Shown piece after piece: positions 36,355-47,862 of a stretch of DNA of 64,000 bases (position 1 is the first letter of the stretch; each line of letters starts with the position of its first letter). The stretch is from assembly GCA_014905635.1 (NCBI GenBank), contig JABVCE010000009.1:1240001-1304000 (forward strand). Direction: 5' to 3'. The position numbers and the translations under genes are program-made. The notes under the pieces were generated by a model. The model saw only the letters and a program-made list of their open reading frames with translations. It was not told the origin of the DNA and did no database searches. This DNA is from Scenedesmus sp. PABB004 (taxonomy: Eukaryota).

Positions 36355-39300
36355 ATGGAGCGCGTCGTGGGGCTGGTGAACAAGCTGCAGCAGATCTGCA
36401 CGCAGCTGGGGGACACGGCGGGCAACAGCATCCTCGTGGACAAGCTCTCGTCCATCGTCGTGGTCGGCGGGCAGGTGGGTCCATGCCCGGTGGTTGCGCG
36501 CCCGCCCGGCCGCGCTGCCCGCGCACGCGGCCCTGGCGCAGCGCCCCCGCGCCCCAGAGCGCCGCACCCAGCCGCTCGTCCGGGCGGGGGGCGCGCTGGC
36601 GCCTGGGCTGGGCCGCGCGGCGCCGAAAGCAGCGGCGCTGCCGCGCCGCGCCGGCCCGACCGCCGCCGCCGCCGCCCGCGGCGCCGCGCGCAGAGCTCGG
36701 GCAAGAGCTCGGTGCTGGAGGCCGTCGTGGGGCGCGACTTCCTGCCGCGCGGCACGGGCATCGTGACGCGGCGGCCGCTCGTGCTCAACCTCGTGCACCT
36801 CGACGACGAGAAGGCGCCCGAGTATGGCGAGTTCATGCACAAGCAGGGCCAGAAGATACACGACTTTGGTGCGGCGCGCAGCGCGGGGGGTCGGGGGCGC
36901 GCGGCGGCGCGCGCCGCGGCGGCGCAGCGTGGCGGTGCAGCAGCAGCGAGAGCCGCAGGGGCGCGCAGCGCCCGGCTGCGGGGCCGTGGCGGCAGCGGCA
37001 GCAGCAGCAGCGCAGCAGCGGCAGCAGTGGCACGGACAGTGGCGGCAGCAGCAGCACCAGCAGCAGTGGCAGCAGGAGCAGCGGCGGCGGCAGCAGATGC
37101 AGCGCGCGGGGCGGCACCGCAGCGCTGGCGCTGTGCGCCCCTGCCCTGCTGAGCGCCCGCCCGCCCGGCCGCCCGCCCGGCCGCGCAGACAAGATTCGGC
37201 AGGAGATTGAGGACGAGACGGAGCGCCTGCTGCGCACGCAGCCGGGGCACAAGGCCGTGTCGCCGGTGCCCATCTACCTCACCGTGTACTCGCCCCTCGT
37301 GCCCAACCTCACACTCGTCGACATGCCCGGTGCGACCCCCCGCCGCGCAGCGAAGCGCAGCGCCCGGCGGCAGCGGCGCCCGGCGGCAGCGGCGCCCGGC
37401 GGCGCCGGGGTCAGGAGGGGGGGGCAGCTGCCCGGCGGCGCGTCGCAGCCGGCGTCGGCGCCGCGCAGCTGGCGGCGGCGGCGGGGGCGCGCGCCGACGC
37501 GCGGCTGCCCGCGCCGCGTCGGGCGCAGGCCTGACCAAGGTGCCCATCGACGGCCAGCCGCCGAGCATCGTGCAGGACCTGGAGGAGATGTGCCGGCAGT
37601 ACATCAAGGTGGGCGCGCGGCACGCCACACGCACGCGCGCAGCACAGCGCGCCCGTCGCGGCGCCGCGGTCCGAGGCTGCGCCGCCCCGAGCCGCTCCGC
37701 CCCTCACCCGCCGCGCGCGCAGGGCGACAACGCGATCATCCTCGCCGTCACGCCCGCCAACGCCGACCTCGCGACGAGCGACGCGCTGCGCATCGCGCGC
37801 GAGGTCGACCCGCCGGGCGACCGCACGATCGGGGTGCTGACCAAGATTGACATCATGGACAAGGGCACCGACTGCAGGTGGGTGTGTGTGTGGGGGGGGG
37901 GGCACGGTGGGGAGGAGCAGCGGGTACATCGAGCGCGCGGCGCAGCCCGGGCGCCGCGCGCGGCCGCCGCCGCGCTCAACACGCGCGCGCGCGGCGCGCA
38001 GGGAGATCCTGCTGGGCAAGAGCCTGCGGCTGAAGCACGGCTGGGTGGCGGTGGTCAACCGCGGGCAGGCGGACATCAACAAGCGCATGAACATGGCCGA
38101 CGCGCGGTCGCGGGAGCTGGCCTTCTTCAAGGGCACCGACGCGTACAGGCGCGCCGCTGTGGCCGCGCCCGCGCGCCCGCCCGCCCGCAGCGCACGGCGC
38201 AGCACGGCGCAGCGCACGGCGCAGCGCAGCGCAGCGCAGCGCGCGGCCGCGCGGGGCGCCTGACGTCGCGGCGCGCGGTCGTGTGGCCCAGGGACCTTGA
38301 CAACACGGGCACCACGTACCTCGCCAACAAGCTGTCGACGCACCTCATCAACGAGATCACGCGCAAGCTGCCAGAGATCCAGAGCTACGTCGACAAGACG
38401 TGCGCGGCCGCCCGCGGGGGGGGGGGGGGCGCTGGCCTGCCGCCGCGGCCCCCACACACACGCGCACACGCCCACGCCGACGCCCCCCCCCCCCCCCCCA
38501 CACACCCACACCCACCCCACGCAGCATCCACGACTACCAGTCGCAGCTCAAGGCGCTGGGGCACGACGTGACGGGCAACCGCGGCAAGATGCTGCACCTC
38601 ATCCTCACGCTCTGCCAAAAGGTGGAGAAGGCCTTCAACAGAATCGTCGACGGCGGCGAGGGAGGTGCGGGCCGCGCGCGGCGCGGCGGCGCGCGGCGCG
38701 CGGGGGCGCGTGGGGGGCGCGGTGCGGCACGGTGTGGGGGCACGCCGCCGCCGCGCGCGCACGCGCTGAGCCCGCGCCCACGCGGCGCGCGCGTGCGTGT
38801 TGTGCGCAGGCGGCGAGCGCGTGCTGGAGGTGTTTGACATCAAGCTCAAGGAGGCGATCTACAAGCTGCCTTTTGACAAGATCCTGACGCTCAAGAACGT
38901 GCGCAACACGATCAACGAGGCAGACGGCTACCAGCCCCACATCATCGCGCCAGAGGCGGGCTATCGGCGGCTCATCGAGGACGGGCTCACGCTCCTGCGC
39001 GAACCCTGTGCGCCCGCGCGCGGGGCACGAGGGGCGGGGCGCGGGGAGGGGGGAGAGGGGCAGCGGCGGCCTGTCGGCGCGCGCCGGCGCCGCCGCGCAC
39101 GCGCCGACGCGGCCGCGCTGCCGCCCGCGCCCGCGCCGCCCGTGCGCGCAGCGGCCAAGGCGGTCGAGGCGACGCACCAGATCCTCAAGTCCATCGTGAC
39201 CGCGGCGCTGGGCGAGGTGCCTGAGCTGGCGCGGTTTGTCAACCTGAAGAGCGAGATCCTGGCGCACGCGGCGATGCAGCTGGACAAGCTCAAGGAGGCG

Positions 39301-40030
39301 AGCGAGGCGACGGTGCGCACGCTGGTCGACATGGAGGGCAGCTACCTGAGCGCCAACTTCTTCAGGGAGATCGTCGCGGCCGAGAGCTTCAGCTACGACC
39401 CCAACCGCCCCAAGCCCCAGTTCGTCACGCTCACGGGTGCGCGCGCGCCGGCCGACTGCCCTGCGCGCGCGGCGCGGGCGCGCGCGGCGGCGGCGGGGCG
39501 CCCCCTCCCTCCTCACACGCGCGCACGCGCGCTCACGCGCGTGCCCTGGACACCCCTACACACGCACGCGCGCACACACGCAGGCGAGATCCTGCTGGAG
39601 AAGCGCTACGACGGGCTGTCGGCCGCGGACGCGCACCTCGCGCGCATCAGCGACCACGTGAGCGCGTACCTCCAGATCGTGCGCAGCCAGCTGCTCGCGA
39701 CCGTGCCCAAGGCCGTCGTGCACTGCACCGTCGTGCCCGCCAAGGAGACGCTGCTCGCGGAGCTGCAGGAGGAGGTCGCGGGTGCGGCCGCGCGGCGCGC
39801 GGTGCTGCCGCGGGGCGCGGCGCGCGCGCGCGCGTTCTCCAAGCGGCGGCGTGATGCTGAGCTGCGCCGCGCCGCGCCGCCGTGGTCTGCCGCCTTCAGG
39901 CAAGGAGGAGGCGCAGCTGCGGCGGCTGCTGAACGAGAACGAGGAGGTCGCGCGGCAGCGGGACGGCCTGCGCAAGCGCCTGGAGCTCATGGAGCGCGCG
40001 GCGCAGGAGATCATGCACTTCAGGGTCTGA
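36355..40030 (+). CDS. DRP1: Dynamin-related protein, plant DRP1 type, many exons
   Basis: [65 protein letters not shown], and [11 protein letters not shown]. Confidence 0.95.
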
Positions 40031-40402
40031 GCACGACCGGGGGGATGGGGGGGGGGGAGGGGCGCCCAGGCCCCTGGCGCGGCGGCAGCAGGGCGGCCTC
40101 GGCGCGGCGGCGTGCTGGGGGGCCGCGCAGCGTGCGGTGATTGCAACACATCACCCGCGCCGTGCTGCGCCGCTGGAGCGCGCTCGGACAGCCGAATGTA
40201 TCGGCGCCGCCGCTCGGCGGCGGCTGCGGCGGCAAAGCGGGCAGCAGCGTCAGGCGCTGCCGGTGCGGCGCAGCAGCGGCTGCAGTCGCGTGGCGGCGGC
40301 GGGCTGTGGGGGCGCGGACCGTTGCCGCCTGTGTGGCTCCGCACGCTCCCAGAGCCCGCGTTGCGGCAGAGTCGCTTGCTGCTCCGCCGTCGTGGCTCGC
40401 CC

Positions 40403-41557
40403 TCACAGCTTGGCCAGCGGCTGCCGCGCCCCGCTCGGCAGCCTGCCGGCGCCGCCCGTGCCGCCGTCGCGGCCGCTGCCGTCGCCGTCGCCGTCGCCGT
40501 CGCCGAGCCAGCGCAGCAGCAGGTCGTTGAGCTCCGTGGGCGCGTCGCGCATCATCCAGTGGCCCGCGCCCTCCAGCCGCGCGTACGTCCAGTCGTCGCA
40601 CCAGCGCGCCGACGCGAGCATCTGCGCCTCGCCCAGCGCTTTATCGCCGCTCGACCAAACGCCGAGCACGGGCACGCGCACGCGCCCCACGTGGCGCAGC
40701 CAGGGCTGCGTGCGGCCAAAGGTGCGCGCGCTCGTGTTGGCACGATACCAGTTCAGCGCGCCGCTCAGCGCACCTGCCGGGGCGGCACACGGCGCCGTGT
40801 GCCGCGGCGCGGCGCCGGCGCCGCGCCGCGCCAGGGTGTGAGCGGGGCGCGGTCCGCGCGGCGCGCGGCGCGCGGCGTGCCGCTCCCGTCCCCGGCGCGG
40901 CGGCCCACCTGGCTGGCGCAGGTCATGCACGTATCGCTGCACCTGCCCGGGGCTGCACCCGGGCCGCAGGACCTCGCGGAGCAGCGCCCAGTCGCGCGCG
41001 GCGAGCGCGTCCTCCGCGCCCGGCGCCGCAAAGAGCAGCATGTACCACCACCGCGGCCGCTGCCCCGGGTCCACCGCCGCGCCGCCGCCGGGGTGCCCCA
41101 CGCTGAGCGCGGCCAGGCGTGACACGCGCTCCGGGGCCGCCAGCGTCAGCGCCCAGGCGGCCGCCGCGCCCCAGTCGTGCCCCACCACCGCCGCGCGGCG
41201 CAGCTGCAGCGCGTCGAGCAGCTCGACGAGCGCCGCCGCCACCGCGGGCAGGCGGTACGCGGCCAGCGCCGCGGGCCGGTCTGAGCGGCCAAGGCCGTGC
41301 AGGTCGGGCGCGACGCAGAAGAAGCGCCGCGACAGCGCGGTCAGCACGCCCTCCCACAGCGCCGCGCTGTCGGGGAAGCCGTGGAGCAGCAGCACGGCCG
41401 GCGCTGCGGGGGAGCCGGCCGTCGTGACGTGCAGCCGGACGCCGCCGGCGACGCACACGAAGCGGCAGGACCGCTGCGGCGGTTGCTGCTCCTCCTGCTG
41501 CTCCGCCGCTGGCGCGTGCTGCTCTCGTGCCGCCGGCGCCGCCGTCGGCGTCCGCAT
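40403..41557 (-). CDS. Alpha/beta hydrolase, epoxide-hydrolase-like, ending in PTS1-like AKL; probably 2 exons
   Basis: LLHGFPDS, VGHDWGA nucleophile motif, WYM, LNWYRAN, GAGHW. Confidence 0.9.
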   Translation of the reverse strand: MRTPTAAPAAREQHAPAAEQQEEQQPPQRSCRFVCVAGGVRLHVTTAGSPAAPAVLLLHGFPDSAALWEGVLTALSRRFFCVAPDLHGLGRSDRPAALAAYRLPAVAAALVELLDALQLRRAAVVGHDWGAAAAWALTLAAPERVSRLAALSVGHPGGGAAVDPGQRPRWWYMLLFAAPGAEDALAARDWALLREVLRPGCSPGQVQRYVHDLRQPGGPPRRGRERHAARRAPRGPRPAHTLARRGAGAAPRHTAPCAAPAGALSGALNWYRANTSARTFGRTQPWLRHVGRVRVPVLGVWSSGDKALGEAQMLASARWCDDWTYARLEGAGHWMMRDAPTELNDLLLRWLGDGDGDGDGSGRDGGTGGAGRLPSGARQPLAKL

Positions 41558-42194
41558 GCTCGCCACGCGCGCCAGGGCGAGGCTCTGCGTCAGAGGTACT
41601 GCGCCGGACGGGCCAGCGACGGCGGGCGGTGACTGTGTGCGCGGCGCGCGGCGGCGGTCGCTGTGCGCTCTGCGTCATCTACGCGGCGGTTCTGTTCTGC
41701 GCGCCGTTGCCTCCCAGGTCGAGCGGATCACTCCGGAGCATGCACCCACGCACAACGCGGTCACTCGCCGCAGCGGACAGCGAACACGCACAGCGCGGAA
41801 GCGTGCAACAGCCGGCGCTTCGCCACCTGACGCCTGGCGCTCCGACAGCTCCCACGCGCACTGGCAGTTCATACAAAGCTCAGAAACTGGTCGCGCCCGG
41901 CGCAGACACCGCGGGCCCCTTGGCCAGCGCGCGGCAGCAGCAGGGGATTGAACGACCGCCCCCGCGTGCTGGGAGGCGAGTCCGAGCCGGGCAGCTGGTC
42001 GAGAGATCGAGGAGACTCCGGGTGCGCATCTGGAGCAGCGCCGCGCAGCGTGGTGCCGGCGGGAGCACGCGCGCGCTCCGCTGGCTGCCGCCAGCTGCCA
42101 GCCCACGCGCCGCTCCCGCCCACACTGCCAGTCCCGGTGTGCCTCACCACACTCCACCCTCGCCCACCCCCGCCTCACGCAGGGCCCCGCGGCG

Positions 42195-42806
42195 ATGCAC
42201 CGCGGTCGTCTGCGCCGCCTGGCGCTCGTGGCGCTCGTGGCGCTCGCTGCGGCGGTGGCGCTCGCGCCGCGCGCCGCGGACGCGCGGGCCGCCGCCGCGT
42301 GCAGCCCGTACGTTTTCCCTTGCGCGTGCGGGCTGTGCCCGCACATTGTAGACTGCTCGCGCCGCCCGGCGCCGAGCGCCGAGTGCTTCTGCGGGACGGC
42401 CGCGCCGGGCACACACCCGCACCCGAGCGACCCGGCTCGCTTCTGGATGTGCTCGGTCGACGCCGTGAGCGGCACGCGCTACGGCGTGGAGGTCGCCTGC
42501 CCCGGCCGGCTGGTGTTTGACGCGCGCGTGCGCGTGTGCACACTGCCGACCGCGCTGAGCAAGCCGGGCACCGACGCGGCGGCGGCCCCGCCAGCTGCGG
42601 CGGCGGCGACGAAGCCGCCCGCCAACAGCAGCGCGCCGGGCCCGGCGGCCGCCGCCGCGCCCAAGCCGGCTGCGGCGCCGGCGAGCGGCGGCGGTGGTGG
42701 TGGTGCCGGCGGGAGCGGCAGCGGCGGCAGCGGCGGCAGCGGCGGCAGCGGCGGCACCCGGGGCGCGACGGCGGTGGTGGCGGAGAAGCCGCTGCGACTG
42801 CCGTGA
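42195..42806 (+). CDS. Secreted Cys-rich protein with chitin-binding type-2 (CBM14/peritrophin-A-like) domain, single exon
   Basis: Signal peptide RRLALVALVALAAAVALAP; FCG..GTHPHPSDPARFWMC..CPGRLVFDARVRVC; Pro/Ala/Gly-rich tail. Confidence 0.75.
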   Translation: MHRGRLRRLALVALVALAAAVALAPRAADARAAAACSPYVFPCACGLCPHIVDCSRRPAPSAECFCGTAAPGTHPHPSDPARFWMCSVDAVSGTRYGVEVACPGRLVFDARVRVCTLPTALSKPGTDAAAAPPAAAAATKPPANSSAPGPAAAAAPKPAAAPASGGGGGGAGGSGSGGSGGSGGSGGTRGATAVVAEKPLRLP

Positions 42807-43085
42807 ACCAGGGCGGGTGCACTGTGAGGAGAGCGAGCGAGGGCAATGAGCGAGCTGCAATCCGCGACGCGGGGTTTTTTGAACGGGACCGCGCCCGCAG
42901 CGCGCGAGCGTCCGCAGCCCACGCGCCGTGCCAGCCGCGCCAGACCAGGCGCCGGCCGCGTGCCTCGCATCGGCGCTCCTGGAACGGCTGGAACGGCGCG
43001 CACGCGCGCCGGTCTGCGGCGCTGCGCACTCCGCCGTTCTCGCCGTCGCGCGCGCTCCTTGGGCGGCGGCGCGTGCTGCAGTGCC

Positions 43086-45947
43086 ATGGCGGACACCGAC
43101 GCGGACGCGCTGCTGGCACAGGCCCTGGTGCGCGCGATCGGCGGGCGGCAGCAGCAGCGGCAGCAGCGTCGCGCTTGCGAGCGAGCCCACCCACCGCGCC
43201 CACGCGCCGCGCGCCGCAGTGGGCGGCGGAGCAGGCAGACTTTGCGTACGAGTTTGCCGACCTCGGCGCCGGCGCCGGCGGGGCCGACTCGGACTCTGAC
43301 TACGACGGCCGCGCCGCGGGCGCCAAGCGCCGACGCCGCTCGGCGCAGCCGCGCCGCGCCGGCAGGGCGGCCAAGCAGCCGGGCAAGCGCGCGCCCGCCG
43401 CCGCGCCGAGCGGCGCGCAGGCAGCTGGGGGCGGTGCAGCGGCTGGCGGCGGCGCGCCGCCCGTCGGCGACGGCGCCGGCCAGCCGCCGGCCGCGCAGGC
43501 GGAGCCCGCCGCGCAGCCGCCGCCGCCGCCGGAGCCGGCGCCGACGGGTGGCGCGGACGAGCTGTGCGCGTCAGGGCGGCGCAAGCGCAAGGACAGCGGG
43601 CAGCGGCGCGAGCCCGGGCGCGCGTGGAGCGACGCGGAGGAGGCCGCCTTCCTGGCGGGCCTCGACGCGCACGGCCGCGACTGGCCGGCCATCGCAGCGG
43701 GGATCGGCACCCGCGACAGCCGCGCCGTCGCGTCGCACTGCCAGAAGCACTTCATCAAGCTCGCCATGGTGCGACCCACGCGCGGCGGCGCTGCGCTGCG
43801 CCGCGGCGCGCTCGCGACGCCGCGCGCGTGACGCTGCCGACGCGCGCCGCCGACCCGCCGCCGCAGGCCGGCGCGGCGCTGCCGGCCAAGGTGGCCGAGT
43901 CGGGGCTGGGCTACACGCTGAGCGGCAAGCCGCTCGACCCGCACAGCGCGGCGGCGGCGGCGTACGGCTTCCGGCTGGAGCAGGTCGAGCAGCTCACGGG
44001 CGACGCGCGGGCGACCGCGATGGGCGGCATCCGGGCGCCCCCACGCGACGGCGCGCCGGGCGACGCCGCGGGCGACCGCGACCAGGCGGGCGAGCGCGCA
44101 CAGCCGGCACGGCGCGCCGCGCCGCGTGCCGGCCGCGCCGCCGCAGGCGCCGGCGGGGTGGGCAGCGACGCGGGCGCCGGGGCCGGCGGCGCTGCCGGCG
44201 CTGCCGCGCCCTGCGAGGAGGAGCTGCTGGCCGCGGCCATGGCTGTGCCGCCGCCGGAGCTGGCGCCCAGCGAGCAGGCTGCACTGGCAGCGGCAGCAGC
44301 GGCTGCGGCGGCGGAGGCAGCTGCTCGCCCGCAGGCGCAGAGCGGGGGCGCGTCCGGCGAGCAGCCGGGCAGCGGCGCGGCGAGCGCCGCCGCTGCAGCC
44401 GCCGCTGCAGCCGCCGCTGCAGCCGCAGCCGCGGCCGCGGGCGAGGGCGAGGGCGAGGGCGCGGCTGGCGTCGCCGCGTCGCGCCCGCGCCGCAGCGCCG
44501 CGGGCGCGCGCCTGGCGGTGGTGGGCGCGACCGACGAGAGCCTGGAGCTGCTGCCCTGCCGCGCCTTCCTGGGCCGCCCGGGCAGCGGCTCAGCGGGCTG
44601 CCAGCCGTTCAGCGTGTCCGTGTCGCTGAGCGCGGCGGTGACGATGGAGCTGCACGCGCACGCGAGCGCGTGGGAGGTCATCGGCCTGCTCGCCGGGGAC
44701 TGGCACCCCGGCGGCGCTGCGGGCGGCGGCGGCGGCGGGCGTATGACCATCGCCGCGGCCTACCCCTGCCGGCGCGCGCCCGGCAGCGACGCGGCGACGT
44801 CGGTGGAGCTGGACCCCGCGAGCGAGGTCGAGGCGCGCAGCGCCATGGCCGCCGCCGGGCGGCGCTGCCTCGGCTGGTACCACAGCCACCCCTGCTTCGA
44901 GGCCGCGCCCAGCCGCAAGGACTGCTCCGCGCAGCGCAACTACCAGGCGCTCACACGCGACGACGCGCCGCCCGCGCCCGGCGCCCGCGAAGGCGGCGTG
45001 GGCGGCGAGGCGGGGTGTGAGGCAGCGTGGTGTGGCGGCGGTGAGGCGCGTGGTGAGGCGCGTGGTGAGGCGCGTGGTGAGGCGCGTGGTGAGGCGTGTG
45101 TGGAGCCGTTTGTCGGATTCATCCTGGGGCCCTACGACCCAGCGCTGCCGCGACCGCACAGCCGGGTCACCGCCTTTGTCGTGCGCGAGGAGCGGGGCGG
45201 CACACTGCAGCCCTACAGCGTGAGGTGCGCCACCCGCGCACCGCCGCCGCGCGCCGCGCGCCGCGGCTGCCCTGCCCCGGCGGCGCCGCCTGCCCCCTGG
45301 CGCCGGCGGCGTGCGGGCCGAGCCGCCCGCCCGCCCGGCCGCCCGCGCGGGCGCAGGTACGGCATGGTGGGCGCGACCGCCCTGCCGCCCCGCGAGCAGC
45401 TGCGGGCGCTGCTGGCCGCCACAGCGGACGACGCGGCGCGCACCGACTTCAACGCGCCCTGGCGCTGCTTCACCGCGCGCTCGCCGACAGGCGCGCCGCC
45501 GCGGCAGCGCCGGCCGCCGCGCGTGGCGCCCGCGCCGGCGGCGCCCCTGCTCAGGCGCCGCGCCCGCCGCGCAGGCGGCCTGCTGGGCCCGCCGCTGACC
45601 AAGCTGGACAAGCTGCTGGCGGCGCTGCGCTGGCAGTGCAGCTGGGCGGACGCCGGCGCGCGGGAGGCGTGGCTGGCGGGCCTCGTGCAGGACATCCAGG
45701 CGCGGCCAGGGAGGGGAGAGGGGTCGGAGCAATGTCGCGCGCCGAGCGCGCTCGCACCCGCCGGCGCCGCTGGCCAGCCCCGGCCCGCCGCGACCGCCCT
45801 CGCGCGCAGGAGGTCTGGGCACTGCCCCTGCGGGCCCTGCAGGAGCGCGCGCCGGCGCAGGCGGGCGCGGATCAGCTGCGGCCAGAGCAGGCGCAGCAGG
45901 AGGAGCAGGCGCAGCGGCCGGAGCAGCCGGAGGTGGGGGCGGCGTGA
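43086..45947 (+). CDS. Myb/SANT plus MPN+/JAMM metallo-deubiquitinase (MYSM1-like), multi-exon
   Basis: WSDAEEAAFLAGLDAHGRDW..IGTRDSRAVASHCQKHF; LPAKVAESGLGYTLSGKPLDP; EVIGLLAG; GWYHSHPCFEAAPSRKD; FVGFILGPYD. Confidence 0.85.
45040..45099 (+). repeat. 12-nt tandem repeat GGTGAGGCGCGT x5, in frame (GEAR)n
   Basis: Read directly; the fifth unit has one mismatch. Confidence 0.9.
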
Positions 45948-46358
45948 CGCGCGCTGTGCGCGCTCGTTGCGCCGCGGTCGCGCGCCGTTAACGGCGCGCG
46001 GCAACGTGGCCGCCGCCAGCCTGAGCTTGAATGCGCTCGCCGGTAACCGGCTCCACGGCGGCGGGGGGCGCCTTGTTGGCCTGGCGCCCCGCGTGCGCCG
46101 CGGGTCGCTCGTGCGCTTGCGCCGCCAGCAACAACCGCCGCAAAGCCGTGGCAGCAGCAGGCGGCGGTCTGCGCGCGGAACGGAACTCCGTACGACCTCC
46201 TGCGGGGTGAGCAAGCGGACTCGCTCAGCAGGCCGCGAGCCGCAACCGTGCGGGCGTGGACCGCGTTCGCGCGCGCGCCCTTCTCGCTCTGCAGCCCCCT
46301 CGAGCGCGCGCCCGAGCCGTCTGGGCGCTGAGGTACCGTCGGCAGCTCGCGTCTGAAG

Positions 46359-47601
46359 ATGGGCGACGCCGGCGAGGGCGAGGACGCCGGGGCGGGCGCC
46401 GCCGCTGCTCCTGGCCCGCTGGCGGTGGCGCCGCTGCCCGTGGACTGCGGCACGCCCGCCAGCCTGCAGCTCAAGTCCACGGTGCACCTGGCGGCGGCGC
46501 AGCTGCGCTCCATCCTGCAGGACGACCACGCGCGCGCGCACGCGGCGGCGCTGGCGCAGTCGCCGGCGCTCGCGGAACTGGTCGCCGCCGTCGGTGACGG
46601 GCCGGACCGGCCCGCCGCGGGCGACGCGCTGGGCGCGCTGGCGCTGCTGGCACAGACGCCACGGGGCCGCGCCGCGGCGAGGGCGGCCGGCGTGGTGCCG
46701 CCCGTGGTCAGGCAAGCGGCGCGCGGGCGCACGGCGCCCGCTCACGCGTGTGCGGCGGTGATCGCGTCCTCACGCGCGCGCCCTGCTGCTGCCGCTGCCG
46801 CCGCAGGTTCCTCGCGCTCAGCAGCCAGCACGCGCCGCTGAGTGCCAACGTGGGGCCCGCGGCGCAGCTGCTGCAAAACCTGAGCTGCGACAGGCGCTGC
46901 CGGGCCGAGATGGTCAGAGCTGGCGCGGCGCCCGCGCTGATCGAGCTGCTGCGCGCGCACGCGGCCGCGCTGTGCCGGCAGCCGCCGCTGGGCGCGGCGG
47001 TCACGGGCGCGCTGGCCAATTGGCAACCTGGTCGTCGCCGACCTCGACGAGCCGAGCGGGGGCGGCGGTGGCAGCGGTGCGAGGCGCGCGTTTGTTCGGG
47101 CCGGGGGCGTCGAGGCGGCGTGCGAGGTGGGGCGCACAGGGGCGCTGCAAGCGAGGCTGGGCTGGACAGGCAGGAGCGCGCGGGCGCGCACAGCACCCAG
47201 CACGCCAACCAGTAAACCGCCCTGCGCAGGCGCTGTCATGCTGGGGCGCGGCGACCAGCTTCCCGGCGTCACTGCGGCTGCGGCTGCTGCTCGGTGAGCT
47301 CGCGGCGGCGCCGCAGTTTGCCAGCATCGTGCAAAAGGCTGCCTCGGCGGTGCACGTGCCTCACGCCCCCCTGCAGGCTGGCGGCGGCCTGTCGGCGCGC
47401 GGGGTGCCGCAGCACGGCAGCGCGCGGGAGGGGGGCGGCGCGCGGCGACAAGGCCCCGCCGCCGGGCAGCGAGTGTGTGCAGCGCACTGTGCTGGGCACG
47501 CCGCGCATGCCGGCGAGCGAGCGGCTGGCGGCCGAGGTGCTCGCGCACGGCAAAGACAATGGCGACGCGGAGCCAGACGGCGACCCGGCGACCGGGAGCT
47601 A
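46359..47601 (+). CDS. Armadillo-repeat-like protein, multi-exon (structure uncertain)
   Basis: ARM-like helices [28 protein letters not shown] and AAQLLQNLSCDRRCRAEMVRAGAAPALIELL. Confidence 0.55.
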
Positions 47602-47862
47602 GCCTCCCTGCTGCAGCTGCGGCCGCGGCGCGAGGAGACGTCGGTCCAGTGTTACAGAGCAGGGTTTAGGGTGATGTACACGATGCAGGGGGAAGCTGTG
47701 TGACAAGCCCGCGATCCCGAGGGAAGGGTGAAGGAGCGGTGAAGGAAGCGCGCGCCAGCCGGGCACAGTGCATCCTGTGCAGGTATCCCAGTCATCCCGC
47801 CAAAGGCCCGTGATCATGCACGCTCGATCAGCTGCTCTCTGCCCTGCGCGCTCACACCCTGC

